A stretch of DNA of 52,487 nucleotides from Cyanophora paradoxa CCMP329 (Eukaryota; Plantae; Glaucophyta): assembly GCA_004431415.1 (NCBI GenBank), contig QPMI01000276.1, positions 1-52,487 on the forward strand, in the 5' to 3' direction. Positions 48,029 to 52,487 of this stretch are shown piece by piece. Below the pieces are notes generated by a model that was given only the letters and a program-made list of their open reading frames with translations, ran no database searches and was not told the DNA's origin. Both the position numbers and the translations under genes were made by a program. Position 1 is the stretch's first letter. Each line of letters opens with the position of its first letter.

Positions 48029-48250
48029 ATGGCAAAGACTCTTGATGAGATGACCATGACTGAGTTAGATAAATGCATTAAGCATGGAGATATTGGAGCA
48101 TATATCGAAATGTCACAGAGATTGATAGGTTACAATATGTATGCAGCTAAACCAAAGAGAAATAGATCAGTTAACATTCACATTACTGTTTCAGTGTCTG
48201 AGAATGCAAACAAAAAACAACAAAAGCATATTTACAAAAGTTATCTGTGA
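48029..48250 (+). CDS. Small hypothetical viral protein
   Basis: MAKTLDEMTMTELDKCIKHG...; upstream AAAATTTGA..TACTTAAG motif. Confidence 0.6.
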   Translation: MAKTLDEMTMTELDKCIKHGDIGAYIEMSQRLIGYNMYAAKPKRNRSVNIHITVSVSENANKKQQKHIYKSYL

Positions 48251-48337
48251 CTTGATTGCAAGTATAAAGCCAATTCCTTTGTATATATTTTTATAGCTGC
48301 CTCAGTAGCATACTGAGACCGCTTTTTCTCGATTATC

Positions 48338-48838
48338 TTATAGACCTGGGGGTCCATTGCTACTATCAGTAGGCAAATAATATTTAATCGGTCTCCCTCT
48401 GGGTCTCTGCTCCTCTTTTTGGGCTTTTCTGCGATAATAGGATGCCAGGGCTTGCTGCTTTTTATACTCTCTATATTCTGGGTCCTCTCTATATCGTTTC
48501 TGCTTTGCTAGAATGTGTCTAATAGCACCCTCAGTTAAAGGCTCATCACTGGTAAACTCGATCAAACTAATTGTATCCTCCATTAATATTTGCTGAGAAA
48601 ACGTTTTCGCCTGGCAAAGAACTTCTCCTTGGATACTCCTGTTGCTCATATGTATACTCTGTGGGTCTGCTGGCATTGACTCCACAGAAACTGTTGATCT
48701 CCTTCTCTCTCTTGCTTCTGAGGCATTATCCTCATTATCTGACATCTCAAACTCCACTGTTGTCTCACAACATCCACTGTGGCAATTGCTCACCACATGC
48801 AGACTGAACATCTCGAAGAACTTTCGTATTATGTCCAT
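48338..48838 (-). CDS. Basic viral protein with AT-hook
   Basis: MDIIRKFF..SNCHSGCCE..KQKRYREDPEYREYKKQQALASYYRRK..RPRGRP. Confidence 0.65.
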   Translation of the reverse strand: MDIIRKFFEMFSLHVVSNCHSGCCETTVEFEMSDNEDNASEARERRRSTVSVESMPADPQSIHMSNRSIQGEVLCQAKTFSQQILMEDTISLIEFTSDEPLTEGAIRHILAKQKRYREDPEYREYKKQQALASYYRRKAQKEEQRPRGRPIKYYLPTDSSNGPPGL

Positions 48839-48860
48839 ATCTCTAATAAAACAGAGATAA

Positions 48861-49595
48861 TTAAAGCCAAACTCGTCTTTTATATACTGTTGGGGCAACT
48901 CCCTTTTCTACTTCAGCTTTGGTGGCACCAGGTTCAATGGTTCCCTTTTGGGTCTTTGTTTTCATTTCATCTACTGCCTGCTCATCGATTTGGTTCTCTT
49001 TCTTAGCAATAAACTGTTTATCCGGGACACCAGTGATTCCCATTTTATAAACTTCCTTTCGAAGCATCTCCTTTAGCTTGGCTCTCTCTTTCTTCTCAGT
49101 AACATACTGCTCCAAGGCACTTGATTTGGCTTCCAGGTCTTTGAGTTTAGCAGTCATCTCATCCCATTGAGCCTTGGGAATTCGATGAATATTTTGAGTG
49201 GGAGCAGTCTTGTATGTGACTTCACCAGCCATAGACTGAATAACCTTGTCTGATTCTTTACTTAGACCTTCACCTTTGCGAGCCAGTGATAGATCTTGCA
49301 AGCCTAAACCTTTATCATCAGCAGCACCAATAATTCGCCTGGCTCCCTCAGCAACAGCCTTCATCTTTGAGGCTTCAGGTGAAATGTTGAGTTGGTCACT
49401 GGTTGAAGCCTGTGGGGCTTTGTCATCAAATGATTCCTCATAGGCAGCATTGAGGGGGTCTTCTTGTTGTTGAGAGGGCTTCACTTCATTCATACCATTG
49501 AATTTCAGTGGGTCTGTGTTAATGGATCCATTGTTTCCACCACCTGAATAGCCAACAGCCCCAGCAGGGATCCCTATTTTTCGTTTGGGAGGCAT
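48861..49595 (-). CDS. Hypothetical viral protein (candidate core/virion protein)
   Basis: Intact 244-aa charged ORF starting MPPKRK, immediately downstream of the ATPase in the structural cluster. Confidence 0.7.
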   Translation of the reverse strand: MPPKRKIGIPAGAVGYSGGGNNGSINTDPLKFNGMNEVKPSQQQEDPLNAAYEESFDDKAPQASTSDQLNISPEASKMKAVAEGARRIIGAADDKGLGLQDLSLARKGEGLSKESDKVIQSMAGEVTYKTAPTQNIHRIPKAQWDEMTAKLKDLEAKSSALEQYVTEKKERAKLKEMLRKEVYKMGITGVPDKQFIAKKENQIDEQAVDEMKTKTQKGTIEPGATKAEVEKGVAPTVYKRRVWL

Positions 49596-49623
49596 TGTAT
49601 CTTTATTAGAATGAGAGATAATT

Positions 49624-50406
49624 TTATAAACCGCGTTTATATCGCATCAATTTATTGCTATGGACTTGGCTTTTCACTTCTTTGGGGGCTTCCTCTTTTT
49701 CTGGTGGTTTCAGTTCATCCTCTTTCTTTTTTGGCTTCCTGTGGAAGCGAGGAAATGGGAAATCTTTCACAAGCTCAGCTTTATCTACATAGTATTTAAC
49801 TGAGTAGTTTGCAGAGGACCAAATGATATATTGATAGGAGTGAACATACTCTTCAAACATCTTGTAGAAATCCTCTTTATTTCGCATTATATTGTATTCT
49901 TCCTCTATGGCTTCAAGTTCTTTGCGATTAGCAGCACTGAGAAACATAGCATAGTCAGAATTAACTCGAATAGTCGACGAGACTTTCCTTAGCTTTTGTG
50001 TGATGCAGATAATGGATATTTTCGAATGGCGACCTCTGGAATACAGAGATCCGATTATTTTATCCCTTGTGAGATCGACTATCTCATTATCGATTAAATC
50101 ATCTAAAACTACACATAACTGGTTAACAGGCTCACCCTTTTCTATTTTCTCTTGCCTCTCATCTAGCAATTTAGCAATGTAAGGGGCATCCCATTTTCCC
50201 AGTTGCAGTGTTGCCACTTTATCCCAGAAATGATTGAAGCTGGTTCCACTCACAACTAAAACAACATCAATCTTTTTGGCATCATGTAACTGCTTTAACC
50301 AATACTTTACAGCTTCTGATTTACCAGTGGCTGATTTCCCGATTGCCAATACACGAAATGGTGGTTCTATCATTTCACCAGCATTAAATTCTTCCAGATC
50401 ATTCAT
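49624..50406 (-). CDS. A32-like (FtsK-HerA) DNA packaging ATPase
   Basis: PFRVLAIGKSATGKS (Walker A), CVVLDD (Walker B), SRGRHSKISIICITQ, IRVNSDY. Confidence 0.93.
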   Translation of the reverse strand: MNDLEEFNAGEMIEPPFRVLAIGKSATGKSEAVKYWLKQLHDAKKIDVVLVVSGTSFNHFWDKVATLQLGKWDAPYIAKLLDERQEKIEKGEPVNQLCVVLDDLIDNEIVDLTRDKIIGSLYSRGRHSKISIICITQKLRKVSSTIRVNSDYAMFLSAANRKELEAIEEEYNIMRNKEDFYKMFEEYVHSYQYIIWSSANYSVKYYVDKAELVKDFPFPRFHRKPKKKEDELKPPEKEEAPKEVKSQVHSNKLMRYKRGL

Positions 50407-50471
50407 TGTTGTATATCTTTCTACATAAAGACAGATAAAAATAATGCAGGGAGACTGAAAATCGTAACAAT

Positions 50472-51831
50472 CTACAAATTTATACGACGTAATCCATCTT
50501 TGTCTACAATTATGAACGAATGCATGAGAGCGCGAACATTAACATCGATTACCTTATCTGAAGGCATGTAGAGGGTGAGGAAGGAAGAAGAGGAATTTGT
50601 TAAATCAACATAACCAGACTGGGCAATATTTCGAATTGCCTTTTCTCCATCAAGGCAGAATGGGAGTCCTGAAAGGACATAGCGATCAGCAACCTTGTCC
50701 ATGTTAGAGCATTTGAAGGCATCAGCAATTAGCTCAGCACCTTTGAGTAGGGAAATTGGCTCAGTGGCAAAAAGTCGCTGTCCATTTATTTCAGTTGTGA
50801 ATGTTATGTCTTTGGAGTTGGCATAGGTCTTAAGAACACTGTGGGAGCCATTGGATTTATCAACAGTTGCATTATCACGAACTGAAACAAGCAGAGCATA
50901 TACAAGACCTGAGATTTGAGAGAGGTTAATTCGATTGGGTTGGGCATTGCCCTTGGCAGGGAAAGCACTAGCATCTACAAATCCAATGTCTAGAGCAGGA
51001 ATAGCCATGCCAGTAGTCTTTACTTTTTCAATTACAGTAGCGAAAAGCTCATCAGAAACATTAATAGCATGCATGTAAAGGCGAGGAGAAGTAATAGAAA
51101 TGACAGGGTTGTTGCACCAAGACTGAAAGTTGTGATATTTTGACCAACATGGGCAAGGGTTCCATCTGTAAAGTTTCCAAGACCATCATCAGCAGTTGCA
51201 TCAACAGTTCCAACAGCAGTTGTGAGTTCACGACCACCATAGGAAGTTTCAACATAACCCTTATCAGCATCCTTAAACCAAACAGTAACAACCATTTCAC
51301 CAGATAAAGCACCAAGGGAAGATAGTGATTTAGCCAAGGCACAGGGATTTCAACGAAAAATGAGCCACCAAGTCGGTTGGTTCCATGAGCAGGATACCAT
51401 GAACCATGCCCATTGAGCGTTTCTTTTTAGCTAGTTGATCCTCCGAATAATAGACCAGGGGAAATGAGCAAGGAAATCAGAAGGAATGTGGTAGGTGTAA
51501 GATCCATAGTAATTTCAAGTCGCTGAACTAAAGCACCAACAGGGCGAGTGTATCCATTGCGAACAAGGTCCGTATCACCAGCAAAAGTGATGGCTGGAAG
51601 GTCGAAAGCAAGTTCGAGTTTTCCACAGAAATTGTAGCGAGGTAGCTTGAAGGAATGCGATTTCCTACATTATTCTCAAAAGTATTGCTGGGATTCACAA
51701 CAACTAGAACTGGCTTAGACTTGGATTCGAGACCAAGCATAAGGGAGTTATCCAAGAAAAAGGCTTTCGCCTCCTCTGGGGTTGTTAGGGCTTCTTTCAG
51801 CGAAAGTCTTGAGAGTGGAAGTGATATCCAT
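50472..51831 (-). CDS. Double jelly-roll major capsid protein (frameshifted, ~450 aa)
   Basis: Joined fragments are beta-rich: GALVQRLEI, FFVEIPVPWLNHYLPLGALSGEMVVTVWF, INLSQISGLVYALLVSVR, GYVDLTN. Size and position between penton and ATPase fit. Confidence 0.72.
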
Positions 51832-51871
51832 TATATTCTCTTTTATTATACTGCAACATAAAAATCTACCA

Positions 51872-52487
51872 ATGATCCTTAATTATGCGAAGCTTGTAAT
51901 AACTGGATAGAAGGGTGAAGCTGTGACATTCGCATCTTAAAGTATTCATAAACAGGGTCGCCTGCTGGCTCATCACCATAGCGAATTTCAAGGTCAGATG
52001 AACAGGTTGACCCTCAAATCAATTGGTTCATTAATAGCATTTACAATATCAACCGAGAAAGTGGATAATCCACCTTCTTATTATAGTATTTTAAAGTGGA
52101 TGAGCCTCTGTCGAATTGTAAACTACATGCTCACCATAATCTTTGTCAGGGACCACTATTTTATGGAAGTAACCAGTCAAAGACCATCCCACATTGCACC
52201 AGATCACCCAGCTCCTTTACTCTCACAAACAAAACACTATCTCTGGTCTTTCAGGCTCAAATGAAGATAGAATACCGTTCACTCGAGTCCAGTAAAATAC
52301 CATCAGTGAGAGCATCATAAACTTTGTGATTGGATTGAGGAATTGCCATATCTTCCAGGATCAAGACCAAGCAGTCTACCTGAACTCAATAGCTTTTGAA
52401 TTGTTTGCAGGTTGGATTTACAGCAAGTGAGAAGCCAGGTAAAACTTTTTTCGGAATGGAATACTATTCGTTTTCAGTGACTCATCC
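51872..52487 (-). CDS. Minor capsid (penton) protein, C-terminal part (frameshifted; start outside the window)
   Basis: SVLFVRVKELG..YFHKIVVPDKDYGEHVVY..LSTFSVDIVNAINEPIDLRGQPVHLTL resembles the Polinton/PLV penton C terminus. Confidence 0.68.

Larger units (their letters stand above)
37573..52487. mobile_element. Endogenous Maverick/Polinton-like virus (left end and most core genes; continues beyond the window)
   Basis: Abrupt switch to AT-rich intronless DNA encoding rve integrase, pPolB, primase-helicase, packaging ATPase, MCP and penton. Confidence 0.93.

Noticed and set aside
37573-52487. Bacterial prophage/contaminant, or a true virophage (Lavidaviridae)
   Set aside because: The c-integrase, pPolB, A32-like ATPase and penton are Polinton-type. 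No virophage-specific MCP or protease was recognised, though a formal profile search is still needed.

Overview
This is eukaryotic (protist/algal) DNA in two sharply different parts. (1) Positions 1 to ~37,572 are very GC-rich host sequence with many short introns (GT-AG and frequent GC-AG). They encode a HAMP + class III nucleotide cyclase (+), a GAF-containing hybrid histidine kinase (-), an ISS1/VAS1-like aminotransferase (-), a small unknown protein, an SLC35F6-like transporter (-), an F-box/LRR-like protein (+), a small Cys-rich peptide with degenerate copies, and a secreted kelch/FN3 protein that is cut off mid-exon. The style resembles a glaucophyte such as Cyanophora, but that is a guess. 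(2) From ~37,573 to the end is an AT-rich, intronless endogenous Maverick/Polinton-like virus. It has a ~1.8 kb repeat-rich terminal region, an rve integrase, a protein-primed PolB with apparently dead exonuclease and an EndoVII-like insert, a Cys-rich/DUF5710-like protein, a PrimPol-D5-SF3 helicase ending in a winged helix, an A32-like packaging ATPase, and major and minor capsid genes. The right end lies outside the window. The ORF breaks I traced are single missing bases, mostly in homopolymers, so the virus may be intact. The most unusual signal is a set of TGTCACAGG iteron palindromes: two in the terminal region and one directly behind the primase-helicase. They suggest a phage-satellite-like (P4/SaPI) origin system inside a eukaryotic Polinton-like virus, alongside distinct candidate early and late promoter motifs. 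Domain calls come from motif recognition by eye; no searches were run.
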